The translations under genes were made by a program, and so were the position numbers. A DNA stretch of 64,000 nt, from positions 39,308,001-39,372,000 of the forward strand of contig NC_086380.1 of the NCBI RefSeq assembly GCF_036588685.1, given 5' to 3'. Source of the stretch: Mytilus trossulus. Lineage: Eukaryota. Positions within the stretch are counted from its first letter, which is position 1; each line of letters opens with the position of its first letter. Below, in pieces: positions 51,182-64,000 of this stretch. Under the pieces are notes generated by a model. It did no database searches. It saw only the letters and a program-made list of their open reading frames with translations, and was not told where the DNA came from.

Positions 51182-52454
51182 ATTAGTAAATCACAACAAT
51201 ATGAATTGCATATAAATTGTTTATGATTTTTTCAAATAAATGGAAAGGTATCATGGTTTACGTGAAATATGATCAGGAATTTTTATGCTGTAATTAAAAC
51301 TATGGAGTTCTAATGTTGAATTGAGAATAATTAGCGGCATTGAACAATAAATAAAACAGACGTTAAATTGTTTTATTCATAATTAGACAAATATGAGGTT
51401 CAACATATTATATAACAAATATGCAATTGGTGTTATTTAATATGTCTTAAGTTAGTACACATGCATTGATCTAATCCAATGCTAAACAAGAAGTGAATTA
51501 TATGACAAGCCGTTTTCATATCCATTCTAACTCAAAGATCTATAATGAACTTTGTAAGATATCTCATATAGTTTGTAAAGTATGATTTTCTTCATGAGAT
51601 ATATAATAAACTTTACATGTATATTGTGACTTATATAGTTAATAAGATATCTCGCATAATTTGCTTTATAGTATATCTCATATAATTTTCTTTACACGAT
51701 ATATATAAATCGTATGAGATATCTTTAAATCATATGAGATATCTTTATGAACTATGTGAGATAGCTTACAAACTATATAGTTTATAAGATATCTTCTCTT
51801 ATGGTTGTGGCCTGTTAGCTATTTCTTACATGGAGTGGTGTATCTCGTATCACACAACACGAAGTACATCATTAATTCTTGGCCCCTTGCTTTCTATGTT
51901 TAATTCCTCAATTTCAAGCAGACAGCTCTTTCAGTTGTGGTGTTTTGTACTGCAAAAATCAACTCATCTTTAATGGCATATAAGAAAGAACTTGGATTAG
52001 AAGACGCAAATTTGCGTACAAAGTCACAAGCTTGGTGGTGTTAGTGAGTTTTAACCACCATTTGCTGCATAACACTGATATACATTTGTACGTTTCCCAT
52101 CACAAGTTAAATAGTTAGGAATTATATACTGCCATCAAAGCTAATGCGGTCGTTATGTTCTGAACATGGTCTGTGCATTTAAGGATCGGAAATAATTAGT
52201 CTCGTTCGATATATCGAGGTTTTTTATTTAAAGGTTAGAATGGTCTTTTGTAATTTAAGTCCTGAATGTTTTTAACTTTTAGAGATGTTTAGGCCTTACA
52301 CATTGAGTTGAATTCTAGTGTCGATGATCAGTTTTAAATAAGACATACAGATAAACAGTAAGGTATATTGATAAATATCTATCAGATCCTTAAAAGTATT
52401 TAACTGAGTAATCAAATCTTAAATGTTCGACATATTAGGAAATACTCTAATTTG

Positions 52455-52932
52455 TTATCAAAGGTACCATGATTATGATTTAATACGCCAGACGCACGTT
52501 TCATCTAAATAAGACTCAGATCGAATTAATTATTTTGGGGCCAAACAAGTACAAAGTTGAAGAGCAAAGAGAACCCTAGTTTCAAAATAGTTGTTCCAAA
52601 TACGTCTAAGGTTATCGATGACTTGGAATAAGAAAATCCTTAGTATTTCGAAACAGTCATACTTTTTTTTTTATTATTGAAAAAGGAAATGACCACATAA
52701 TTGATATTCATGTCAACACCGATGTGCTGACTACTGGGTTGGTGATACCGTCGGAGACGAAACGTCCATAAGGAGTGACATCGCCAAGTGGTGTGAATAG
52801 ATATCAAAGGTACCAGGATTGTAATTTAATACACCAGACTCATCAGTGACGCTCAGATCAAAAAAATTATCAAACCAAACAAGTAAAAAGTTTAAGAGCA
52901 TTGAGGACCCATATTTCCAAAATGTTGTGCCA
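52455..52932 (-). mobile_element. Retrozyme-like tandem repeat (1.4 units, 346-bp spacing) with two deleted hammerheads
   Basis: tatcaaaggtacc at 52456 and 52802. Hammerhead remnants at 52485-52518 and 52831-52852. Confidence 0.8.
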
Positions 52933-52959
52933 AAATTTCAGACAATTCAAATTGTTTAA

Positions 52960-53850
52960 TGACCCGTACTCTTCTTAGTATTTATCAACGACTTACCAGA
53001 AACAGTTCAAAATTCAACTGTCAAACTATTCGCTGACGACTGCCTCACATTCCACTATACAAAGAATTCCCAGGATGAAGCCAAACTACAACAAGACCTT
53101 TCAGCACTAGAAGACTGGGAAACCAAATGGCTGATGAAATTCCACCCAGAAAAATGCACCGTCATCCTCATTAGCACCAGTAGTAAATACTACGAATTAC
53201 ATGGCCACACTGTCGAAACTGTACCAACCAGCAAATATCTAGGAGTAAATTTCAGTCAGGACCTACAATGGAAACATCATGTTGACGTTACTGCCAAACA
53301 CAGCATCCAAATCCATCGGATTCCTTAGGCGTAACCTTTGAGAATGCAACAAGAATCTTTCTGGTCAGACAAACACTAGATTATGCTAAACCGTTTAGAA
53401 CAAGTGCAAAGGAGGTCCGCCAGGTTTGTAACAAACAACTACACTGTTACAACACCTGGATGTGTGAAAACTTTGAACAAGACACTAGCTAAAACGAAGT
53501 AACCATCGACTCGTCATACTTTACAAGATCCAGCATTAGCTAGTAGACATTGATGCCAGTTCCATCTTACGTCCAAACAATTGGCGCACTAGAAACAAAC
53601 AACGCCTATATCAACCACCAGCAAACCAGAGAGTATTTAATAACTCATACTTTCCGCGGACTATACAAGAGTGAAAACACCTTCCAACAGCTACAACTGA
53701 AGCTGAAGGGGTTTCAGAGTGCACTAGCCAACTAAAATGCGACCCAGACAAAAACACCATAGACAGCAGCCAAGTATACATAGTTTTAAATTGTAAATAT
53801 TCGGAACGTTTTATTTGTAAATTATTAGAGGAGAATTGCTGTCACATTCT
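52960..53850 (+). pseudogene. Degraded CR1/L2-like LINE 3' half
   Basis: FLVFINDLP, KLFADDC, LQQDLSALEDWETKWLMKFHPEKC, KYLGV and LEQVQRRSARFV. Confidence 0.9.
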
Positions 53851-53851
53851 C

Positions 53852-54042
53852 NNNNNNNNNNNNNNNNNNNNNNNNNNNNNNNNNNNNNNNNNNNNNNNNN
53901 NNNNNNNNNNNNNNNNNNNNNNNNNNNNNNNNNNNNNNNNNNNNNNNNNNNNNNNNNNNNNNNNNNNNNNNNNNNNNNNNNNNNNNNNNNNNNNNNNNNN
54001 NNNNNNNNNNNNNNNNNNNNNNNNNNNNNNNNNNNNNNNNNN
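53852..54042. other. Assembly gap (191 N)
   Basis: Run of N. Confidence 1.
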
Positions 54043-54380
54043 CTTGATATCTAATAAACATTCACATGATTAAAAACACATATGTTTTGTCAAATGCAAT
54101 CTAGTAGATTTTTTTAATTTCCAATCTACAAATGAACTTTAATTGTTGAAGTATACAATGTCACGTGGTAGCCTAGCTAGCTATCCACAGAGGGACTGTA
54201 TCAAAGACATAGATAACTACATGTATAAATAATCGAAATTGGTCGAGACGTTCGGTGAATCTTGATGCCGAGGTATATCCAGTGGCCTAAAGACACGTCC
54301 AAAAACTCGCCAATATAAAAGCGTGGACCCCATGAGGTTCACTCAAAAAACAAATTCGTACCCAAAAAAGCAAGGTTCCA

Positions 54381-56062
54381 ATTTATCATTATTTGTGATA
54401 TCGTCTTGATCAAATTCTTCATGCTCATATAAGAATGAATTTAATTTAATCGAATTTCTACCTATTCCTGCAGAATTTAGTAGACTCAGTTCTTCCTGTC
54501 AAAGTTGACACACACATTTTTGTTTTAGGATTCGCGGTACTCTCAGATGAGCACACTACTAGTAGTCATTTATTTAGTTTGGATTTTGGTGCAGAAATAT
54601 CATAAAAAAACAAACATTTTAAGCTATGATGTTATTGCTTCGTTTTCTTTTGTATTTTCAATCTTTTTCATATTTATATAATTATTTAATACATATAGCG
54701 TGCCGGTATTTATATTTATGTATTGTTTGTGTAATAACATATTTATCATTATTTGTGATATCGTCTTGATCAAATTCTTCATTCTCATTAAAGAATGAAT
54801 TTAACTTAATCGAATTTCTACCTATTCCTGCAGAATTTAGTAGACTCTCCAAATTGTCGTTTTGGTGATGTAGCAAAAAATTCTCGCTTCCCGTTATATT
54901 GTTCCATATACATTGATTTCATACATAAACTGAATATTAAGTTATGTTTCAGTTCTTCCTGTCGAAGTTGACACACACATTTTTGTTTTAGGATTAGCGG
55001 TACTCTTAGATGAGCACAATAGTCATTTATTTAGTTTGGACTTTGGTTCAGAAATATATCATAAAAACAAATATTTTAAGCTAGAATATTATTGCTTCGT
55101 TAAACAACAGGAACCCAAGCATTTCACACTGTATACATTACAAACATTCATGTTTATTTTTGTATTTTTTTCTTTTCTTTTGTATTTTCCATCTTTTTCA
55201 TATTTATATAATTATTTAATACATATAGCGTGCCGGTATTTATATTTATGTATTATTTGTGTAATAACATATTTATCATTGTTTGTGACATCATCTTGAT
55301 CAAATTAGTCATGCTACTTTAAAAATGAATTTAATTTAATCGAATTTCTACCTATTCCTGCAGAATTAAGTAGACTCTCCAAACTGTCGTTTTGGTGATG
55401 TAGCAACAAATTCTCGCTTCCCGTTATAATGTTCCATATACACTGATTTCAGAAATAAACTAAATTAAGTTATGTTTCAGTTCTTCCTGTTCAAGTTGAC
55501 ACACACATTTTTGTTTAAGGATTCGCGGTACTCTCATATGAGCACAATAGTCATTTATTTAGTTTGGACTTTAATGCAGAAATATATCATAAAAACAAAC
55601 ATTTTAAGCTATGATATTATTGCTACGTTAAACAACAGGAACCCAAGCATTTCACACTGTATACATTACACAAATTCATGTTTATTTTTGTAATTATTTC
55701 TTCTCTTTCGTAATTTCCATATTTTTCATATTCAAATAATTATTTAATCACATAAGCAACACGACGGGTGCCGCATATGGAGCAGGATCTGCTTACCCTT
55801 CCGGAGCATCTGAGATCACCCCTAGTTTTTGGTGGGGTTCGTGTTGTTTATTCTTTAGTTTTCTATGTTGTGTCATGTGTACTATTGTTTTTCTGTTTGT
55901 CTTTTTCATTTTTAGCCATGGCGTTGTCAGTTTGTTTTAGATTTACGAGTTTGACTGTCCCTTTGGTATCTTTGGTCCCTCTTTTAATGCATATAGCGTG
56001 CCGGTATTTATATTTATGTATTGTTCAAAAGGTGTATTATTTGTGTAATAGCATATTTATCA
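54381..56062 (+). repeat. Local tandem repeat, ~530-bp unit, three copies
   Basis: atttatcatt.tttgtga.atc.tcttgatcaaatt at 54381, 54741 and 55271. The first unit is shortened by deletions and the third carries a PLE insert. Confidence 0.9.
55749..55987 (+). mobile_element. Penelope-like element 3' UTR fragment inserted in a tandem repeat unit
   Basis: Matches the reverse complement of 38765-39003. tttaat lies on both sides. Confidence 0.85.
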
Positions 56063-56305
56063 TATATTCTAGGTATCGCAATTGTATCATATCGGTTTGT
56101 GGTGATTTATCTGAATAATTATTGTTTACTGAGATCCTTTTTTTATTCTAATTTCATAACATATTGAAAACAATTGATAATAAATAGCAATGAAATGACA
56201 GGACTGACAAAGACTTAATTTAACAATCTCATCAACATATTTACAGACGAATATAAAAATAAAAATCATAACACACTTGATCAATTTCATGTTGTTTGTG
56301 TTTAT

Positions 56306-56529
56306 TTATCCTAGTGTCGGATAACCGAAAACTTTCACCTCTGCTAACTGTAAATACTCTTCTGGACCTTTGATAATAGTCATTTTGACATAACGACTTT
56401 CTATATACCACCCTTTGCACTGAAATACCAGATGTTCTCCATTAGTTCCGGGTCCGGTGAAATGCGCACACATCGACATATCATCGTCGCGTGGTCCAAC
56501 TGTTATATCAAGATCACGTAGTCTTTTGC
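56306..56529 (-). CDS. PAN-EGF-F-type lectin gene, exon 4 (F-type lectin C-terminal half)
   Basis: Acceptor tttcgacag, phase 1. GKRLRDLDITVG..CAHFTGPG..FQC..SRYVKMTI..LQLAEVKVFG..stop. AATAAA overlaps the stop codon. Confidence 0.9.
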
Positions 56530-57458
56530 CTGTCGAAAAAAAATATAAATGTTCTTAAACTTTACTCCCATCATTCAATTTGAAAATTTTCAACACATGT
56601 ATTAAGAACTACACTATCAGAAAAATCATATAAACGATGGAAACTTATTAATGCCTTAAGAAATTTAAGATTAGAAAATTGTGGAAAAATTTAGACGCAA
56701 AAGCATGTACAAAAAATCCCATAATTGACTCAAATCAGGAATTAGTTAGTTGACTACTAACTCGATAATTTTGAATGTATACAGCATTAAACATCTGAAA
56801 AAAATAGTTTATATGATAAAATGTTTGTCTGATATACGTCAAGAAGACTTGAGTGAAATTGATTGTCTTATTGTTTTAAATCTACTGGATCTTTGGAATT
56901 CTAAAAAACAACATCGTATGCCTCTGTATATATCATATTGTTTTTTTGTTTATTATTTTGTATATCAATTAGGTTGTTGTTTTTCTCCATTGAAATGCAT
57001 TAAAACTAAAGGCATGGATTCAATCTATTATTGGGTATGGAACCAATTTTCAAATAAACATCAGTATACATTGGTCACAACATTATATAAAGTCGTTTTC
57101 AAATTATAAGCAATTATCCTTACTTAGTACAGACATTTTCTTATGTAGAAAATGATGGACTAAACCTGGTTTCATACATGTAGCTAGTTCGACATCTAAC
57201 TTGTAGTTCGTCTTCTAAATATGAGCACCAGGCTTAACCAATTTGAAAGATATATATAATCATATATGAAAGCATCGATTATTACTTTAGATGAACATCT
57301 TGTTAGGTTATAGTTGATGCGCATATCAAAATATAAACTTACTTTAAGTATTGGAGGGGAATTCTTCTTAAAAAAAAGTCACTAGTGCATTCCGACAAAA
57401 ATGTTTTAGCATTGCATCAAGTCGTCACTTACAATTTGACAAAACAAAGTAAAATAAT

Positions 57459-57742
57459 AACAAGCACATGTCCAGTGCACACTGATGCCCAATTCACACT
57501 ATAATTTTATATGTTACGTGGACCGTGAAAATGGGCGAAATCTCTAATTTGGCATTAAAATTAGAAATAACATATCATAGGAAACATGTGTACATAGTTT
57601 CAAGTTGATTGGACTTCAACTTCATCAAAAAAGAACCTCGAACCAAAATCTTTAACCTGAAGCGGGACAGACGAACGGACGAATGGATGCACAGACGGAC
57701 AGACAAACGCACGAACGAACGTATGCATAGACTAAAAGAAAA
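57459..57742 (-). mobile_element. Helentron/HINE-like element with a (GACA/GACG) microsatellite
   Basis: gacagacgaacggacg.. tract at 57666-57720 and an aacaag terminus at ~57459. Confidence 0.55.
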
Positions 57743-59339
57743 ATAGATATAGGAAGATGTGGTGTGAGTGCCAATCAAACAACTCTCCATCCAAATAACA
57801 ATTTATTAAAGTAAACCATTATAGGTCAGTGTACAGCATTTAACACGCAGCCTTGTCTCACACCGAACAAAAAAGCTATTAAGGCACCAAAATTACTAGT
57901 GTAAAACCATTCAAACGGGAAAACCAACGGTCTAATCTATTCAAAAAAGGAGAAAAAGAAACACATATAAATTACGTAAACAATCGACAACTACTGTACA
58001 CCAGATTCCTGTCTTAGGACAGGTGCAAACATTTGCAGCCGGATTTAACGTTTTAATGGTACCAAATCTTCTCCCTTTTTCTGAAACAACAGCATAATAT
58101 CACAACATAGAAAAACATACGATAAAATATCAATTGGAAGGCTTAACTCAATCATAATCCCCATAAATTGGGCATTAATAAACAGAACTTCGATGGAAAT
58201 TTCAAACACATCAAAATGAATAGATACATGTAACAACTGTAATATTCTTGATTTGGTACAGGCATTTTCTTATGTAGTGAATTTACTCCTATTCTGACCC
58301 AGTTTATCATCTTTATTTAAAGTTATCACATCGTTAGCATACCTTTGGAAAACGAAGTTTGTGAGTGATTTACTAAATGTTTTTATCCGTCTGTCATGGT
58401 CACTGTGAAATAAGAAGTTGTGAGAAAATTGTCAATGAGACAACTACAAATGTACATGTATCCACGAGTTAAAATAAAGTCGATGTAAACGTACGGCATT
58501 TAATGGCTATAAAAGGCCCAAACATGACAAATATGAAACTATTCAATTAAGAAAAATTACGGTTTAGGTATGCGTTTTGATGTCAAGATCGGAATAAACT
58601 GCAAATAAAAGAGAAACGATTTACTTTTAGTGCGCATATCTTGAATAGTAAATAATGTAAATTAAAGAAGTGGGTCACATCAACCTTCTTAAATTATGGT
58701 TAAAAATTGCATTAAACAAAATCTGATCACATATAAGTCATAAAAGAATGATATCTCTTAGATCGCAGTATTACGCACTTTCCGTTTTGAGATTTCATCT
58801 GAACTTCTTCACATACTTTACTGTGTCCTTTCACATGTTTGGATCGAGCGTCATATTTTTGTTGTTGACAATAATCTGACATACAAATTTTAAGGCTGAT
58901 GTATATGATGACTTGATTATCGTATATCAAGCATATACACATATGCTCAATATGTTATGCGTCTTGATCTTACAGTGCTGTTTTCAACTTTTCTTCTGTT
59001 ATTTATCTGAAAAGTGTTTATCATCTTGCGTGTAAGATGTACATTACATCCATCATGTCCATATCAGATCAGATTTTTTTTTGTAAAAGTAACGAATTTG
59101 AAAAGGTTTCCTTATTTTAATAACACATTATTTATCAGTTTAATGCAATTTTGAAGGGGCCGATTTTTTGTAACACTGTACAAATTGTAAATTTGATATT
59201 TTTTGGAGTAAAACAAATACAAAACCACACAGTCATCCTAGTTTGCAATAAACTGTTTGTCAAATGCACAGTTTTCGTATGTACCACTAAGCGGTAAAAC
59301 GGCACTTAGACTTGTATTTTAATAACAGTCAAAACGTAC

Positions 59340-59555
59340 CACTTGAGTCTCTGTTGATAATTTCAATCCGAATGATGTTGTAAATGGTTCCAAGATCAAC
59401 ACTCCAAAATGGTGATAAAATTTTGTCTGTATGTGAAAACGTGGTTGTCAAGCCATCAACAGCTTTATATGCAGAATAGCTGTCCAGTGTTGTGTATTGT
59501 CGAGCTAGCTTTCCTAGCGCCACATTTTCTGGATTTTTGTTAGGTAAAATAACAT
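59340..59555 (-). CDS. PAN-EGF-F-type lectin gene, exon 3 (F-type lectin N-terminal half)
   Basis: ENVALGKLARQ..AYKAVDG..FSHT..PFWSVDLG..IEIINR. Acceptor ttttcag and donor gtacgt, phase 1 to 1. Confidence 0.9.
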
Positions 59556-61159
59556 CTGAAAATACAATTGAATCTATGATACATTTGTGGATACTTGCTA
59601 CAACTGAAAAAAATGAAATTGTAAGAAATCTATTAAAACGGACTATATGTTTATAATATATACAATTTGATTACAAATAAATTTAAAAAGTGCTCATCGC
59701 AAATATTGTAAATCAATCACCGTGTAAAACATTCTTCCCTGGCTCATGTTTAACATTTAGAACATAACAATTACACTAGAAATGTGCGTTTTGTATATCC
59801 CTAAAATACCCTATATCACAACTTTATAAATCAGTTCCAGAGTACACGTGAAACTTTCAAACTATCTCTAAGGCAGAAGTGTCGAGAATAGATTAAAATA
59901 GAACTGTAAACATGTCAGAATGTTTTCTAGTATAGAAGTGAAAGAAGCACAGATCTAAATTATTTTAAATTGGAGCACCTTGCTGGGTACAAGGTCGAAC
60001 AGTTCAAATTGGTGGATAAGTCAAGAACTGTTTACCTTGTATGGTCATTGCTAAACCATAAGATCAGATAACTAATACTGAAAGAAAAAGTAGAAAAACG
60101 TAGAGCCAACAGGTTCATCATGCGCCTTGTGATTCAGTCATATCGTGACGATCATGACTTGTTTCAATCGTTTAACATACAGATTAACTACATAAATAAG
60201 GCCGAAAGTTTGCTCGTTTGAATTGTTTAACATTTGTCATTTCAGGGCCTTTCATAGCTGACTATGTTGTATATTGCTTTGCGCATTGTTGATTGCCATA
60301 CGGTGACCTATTTGTGTTAATTTCTGTGTCATTTGGTCTCTTGTGAAGAGTTGTCTCATTGGCAATCATACCACATCTTTTTATACTATTATAGTGTCGA
60401 AGTAGGTAACTCGTAAAACATAATGTCAATGATTAGAAATAAGAAGATGTGGTATGAGTGCCAATAAGTCAACTCTTTATCCAAGTCACAATGTGTGAAA
60501 CGTAATACTCATAGATTAAAGTTCGGCACGAAACATTGGCTCGAACAGAACAACAGTTGAGTGTAGACATAACTACGTGTGCAATGTATATGTTTCATAC
60601 ATAGTTTTGAATTATTATTGTGTAAATGATGCTATACGCTAATAACAATCGTCCATACAATTGATAAAATAATGTGATTTAAATTAGATAAGATAAAAGG
60701 AAAGGAAAGAATTATAACTGTATTGAACAACCAACTTATTCAATTTTTTATGTTTGTTGTTTTGGCGAACTTACTAAACATTTGTATAGTGGGAATAAGT
60801 TTTAATACGGGATTTTCGATTCTTTGCTCGTTTTGATATTTTCAAATAATTTTGATTCGACACGGTATATCTGTTGCGTTATTGTAGTCCCTTATAGCCT
60901 AAGTCAGAGGACATTTTATAACTCTAACTTTTAGAAAAAAAACCACTGAAGATATTTTAAAAATGTGTTTTAACCTTCTGATACAAAATGTATGTTGAAA
61001 GTGAAACTGCATTTAGGTCATCCAAACGTTTCTGATGGATGCAAACAAAAGGACGTATTCAATTTATTAAATATTATTTTCAAAGATGCACTATGGGGAA
61101 ATTAGCATATTTAGATGAACTATCAATACTGCTATATATGTAAATGGTTTGATACGTAC

Positions 61160-61253
61160 CATCCTTTATACAAATAATCTCCTTATTCTTCAGTCTTACA
61201 CAAATCTCATTTTTGCTGCATGGGTTTCCGATACACGGGTTAAAACTGGTATT
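61160..61253 (-). CDS. PAN-EGF-F-type lectin gene, exon 2 (4-Cys EGF-like module)
   Basis: NTSFNPCIGNPCSKNEICVRLKNKEIICIKD. Acceptor atttcag and donor gtacgt, phase 0 to 1. Confidence 0.85.
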
Positions 61254-62168
61254 CTGAAATTTAAATACAATTTCAAAAAAGGTAAGACGATTGTCAACTT
61301 ATTATCCGATTGATATGGGTTTGAGAATGTTAAATATATTATCCACTTTTATGACAAGGTTAATATACAATTGAAATTGGATCTCTGATATATTAAACTG
61401 GTATGACTTATTACTAATTGATTGAAAAATGAAACAAATACTTGTTTTACATGCAAATTTTTAATAAAAAAAGAGTAAACTAGATATATATTATGTTCAT
61501 TTTAACATTGAATTATAATGTGATTCATGTGATTGGTATCCATCAATATAGAACTAGACATACATCGAATTAATTACACTACAAACCAATAAAAGTCTGA
61601 ACTGGCCTATATATGTACTCCTTTGTACTGATTTTACCAGTCTGAATTCGTCTAAATTTTACTTGACATTACGTATACTCAACCCCAGTCTTAACCATAC
61701 TCGACTCTACTGATTAGTATGTAACCCATATCTTTGCCATTGAATATAATCTAAACTATTAATCGAACAGTCGTGAAAAAATTCTCGACCTACTTTTTTA
61801 GTCGAAAACATACATAACATTTATAAAAAATGGATGAATAAAATTGTCTTAAGATAAGTTGTAAAATATTACGTTATACCTCATGCATGAGGCGTTAAAG
61901 TAGTGTTAACGTTTGACGCGTAAGTTAAACTGTCTCGAAATCGCCGACATTAATATTTCAATGTATTTACAATGTATGATAAGTTTTATACACAACCACT
62001 GGTTTAATGCCAATGCATGTAGATTTTTTCTTCCTGAGGATATCACTTGCCCAGTAGTCAGTACCTCTGTACTGACATGATTTATCATTGATATGTTACA
62101 AAATTAAAGTTTAAATGCGGTTTTACAGTGAACTGCATTTTGCCTGATATCCTTTTTTTTTTATTCGA

Positions 62169-62212
62169 ACGTCACTGATGAGTCGTTTGTTGACGAAACG
62201 CGCATCTGGCGT
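62169..62212 (+). ncRNA. Minimal type I hammerhead motif within a diverged retrozyme-like repeat (~62020-62250)
   Basis: acguca-CUGAUGA-guc-guuuguu-gac-GAAA-cgcgca-UC-uggcgu. The core is intact; stem III has a C-A mismatch. Confidence 0.75.
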
Positions 62213-62651
62213 ACACAATTTCAATCCTGGTGTTTACGATGAGTTTATTCAATACCCCTAGTAAATAAATCTTATTTTATTTTACGACAACCTTGGTTGC
62301 TAAAGATATGCAACACACATCTTTTTTTTATTTACAGCATCTGATAAAATAATCTTGGAAAAAAAAGAGTGCATATTAAGAAGCATATCACTTATAAGTT
62401 AAAAACGCTATTTATTTATTGAAACAAGTCAGGAAAATAGTGTTTCTGTTGTGTCGTTGTTTTCCTCTTTTATTTGATGTGTTTCCCTCAGTTGTAGTTT
62501 GTAACCTGGATTTGATTTTTTTTCTCAATCAATTTATAAATTTCGAACAGTGGTATACTATTGTTGCATTTATTTATTGTACATGTCGTGACAAAATGAT
62601 TTTTGAAAGTTTGTTTTTGCATTCAATTAAATTAATCTAACGTAAACTTAC

Positions 62652-62993
62652 CCCTCTGTAATGTTGAATCTCAATGTAGATATAACCTTTGTCATGTTGA
62701 AAGTAAACTTCCGAAAGAGTCTCTGGCGTCATATTAAGTTCGCATGTAAGATGGGCCATGTTATAGTTGTATGAGTGGCATAGTGGTCGTTGGATACATT
62801 TTGATAAACATCCTCTTGGTGTGGTTTGATCAAATGAACAATAGGTGAATCCATGTAATTTTACATCTCTTTTATCGGGATTAATCGTAAAGATTTCGGT
62901 TTTACACTGCTCAGAAGATACTTTTAGTATTATAAGAAGTAGGAATAGTAAGTGTATAATGCAGATCAGCTTTAACGAAATATTAAGATGCAT
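62652..62993 (-). CDS. PAN-EGF-F-type lectin gene, exon 1 (signal peptide plus PAN/Apple domain)
   Basis: Hydrophobic leader, then CLSKCIQRPLCHSYNYN..CELN. Donor gtaagt, phase 0. Confidence 0.9.
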
Positions 62994-64000
62994 TTTCTGC
63001 AATAGCGATTGTTATTTTATCCTGCAACTTCCGAAAATATTTGAACCTTTTTAGGTCAAAATTACCCTTCATATGTTAGTCCATTGAAATCACGTTTTAC
63101 ACGCAGTGAAAAATATAAATCGTTGCTTTAAGGGTGTACGGATAACTAAATGTATGAAAAATATTATACTAGTAAACAAAAATGCAACTATTATGTAACA
63201 TTATCCTCAACAGTTAAAAAAGCACACCATCTTTCATAACGTCTGTTGTTAAAAAGTTTCGGAATTTTCTTTACTAGTAACTTTAAATCTACATCGTTGC
63301 AGATAATACGAAAATAATATTAGTTAACCAATGCAAAATTTAAGGTTATGCTTCAAATTAACTACTGTTTAGTTTTTTTTTGGAGACAAAACCCAATAAA
63401 ATTCCGTAATATATAGGAAATTATTGTGCTTTATTTGTGTTGCTGAGCATATATATCAATCAAAACATAAAAGTAACATATAACATGATATTACATATTA
63501 TATTATAGAAATGGGTTAGTATCAATAATCTGTCAGATGAAAGTTATTTAAACCAATACAAAGTTGATTGTTTATTTGATATCATATTGACAAAAGTGAG
63601 AAATACCAAGAATTAAATACGATCAAGCTGAACTCTTGGAAAAGAATATATGTTATGATAGTTATGTGTTATACTTTTTGATTGGTTATTCAGTAGACAA
63701 TATGGATCAGATAAATAAGGATGGTACACAAGCAAATGATGTGTTTTTACGGCTGACACATTGTGACATATTCAATACGACAAATTTTGTATGATCGCTT
63801 TTACATATATAGATAGGTTGAACTTCCTGCTCAGTATATTCAACCAAATTTCTTTTTAATAATGTATTCTTTATTTGAAATAAATATAATAGTATAACAT
63901 ATTTTATATGAATAATAGATAATGTATCAAGTCTTATAAGGATTAGTATACTACAATTTACATACTGTGCAAAAGATATACAACGATTTAACAGACAACC

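Noticed and set aside
53825-54061. ORFs spanning X runs
   Set aside because: Artefacts of the N gap.

Overview
AT-rich, intron-containing animal genomic DNA, most likely a bivalve mollusc of the Mytilus type (inferred from repeat families and gene architectures, not from a search). There is one 191-nt N gap. Host genes: the terminal exon of a Ser/Thr-rich single-pass membrane protein (692-1260 +), a Tctex1-domain dynein light chain (24044-24745 +), a carbohydrate sulfotransferase (42594-43706 +), and a complete 4-exon secreted PAN/Apple-EGF-F-type lectin gene (56306-62993 -) that the ORF track only partly shows. The rest is a dense, nested mosaic of mobile elements. It includes a DDE transposase-YqaJ nuclease fusion split by a LINE, a Tc1 element holding a Deu-type SINE and a 6.9-kb TTAA transposon, Penelope-like RT tails, hammerhead-ribozyme (retrozyme-like) repeats, a Helitron, Helentron-like repeats, several MITEs and near-perfect palindromes. 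I cannot show a wholly new system from sequence alone. The best candidates are the retrozyme repeats with a built-in anti-ribozyme segment, the unclassified TTAA element with spliced gene remnants, and the DDE-YqaJ element. Most short ORFs in the track are spurious.
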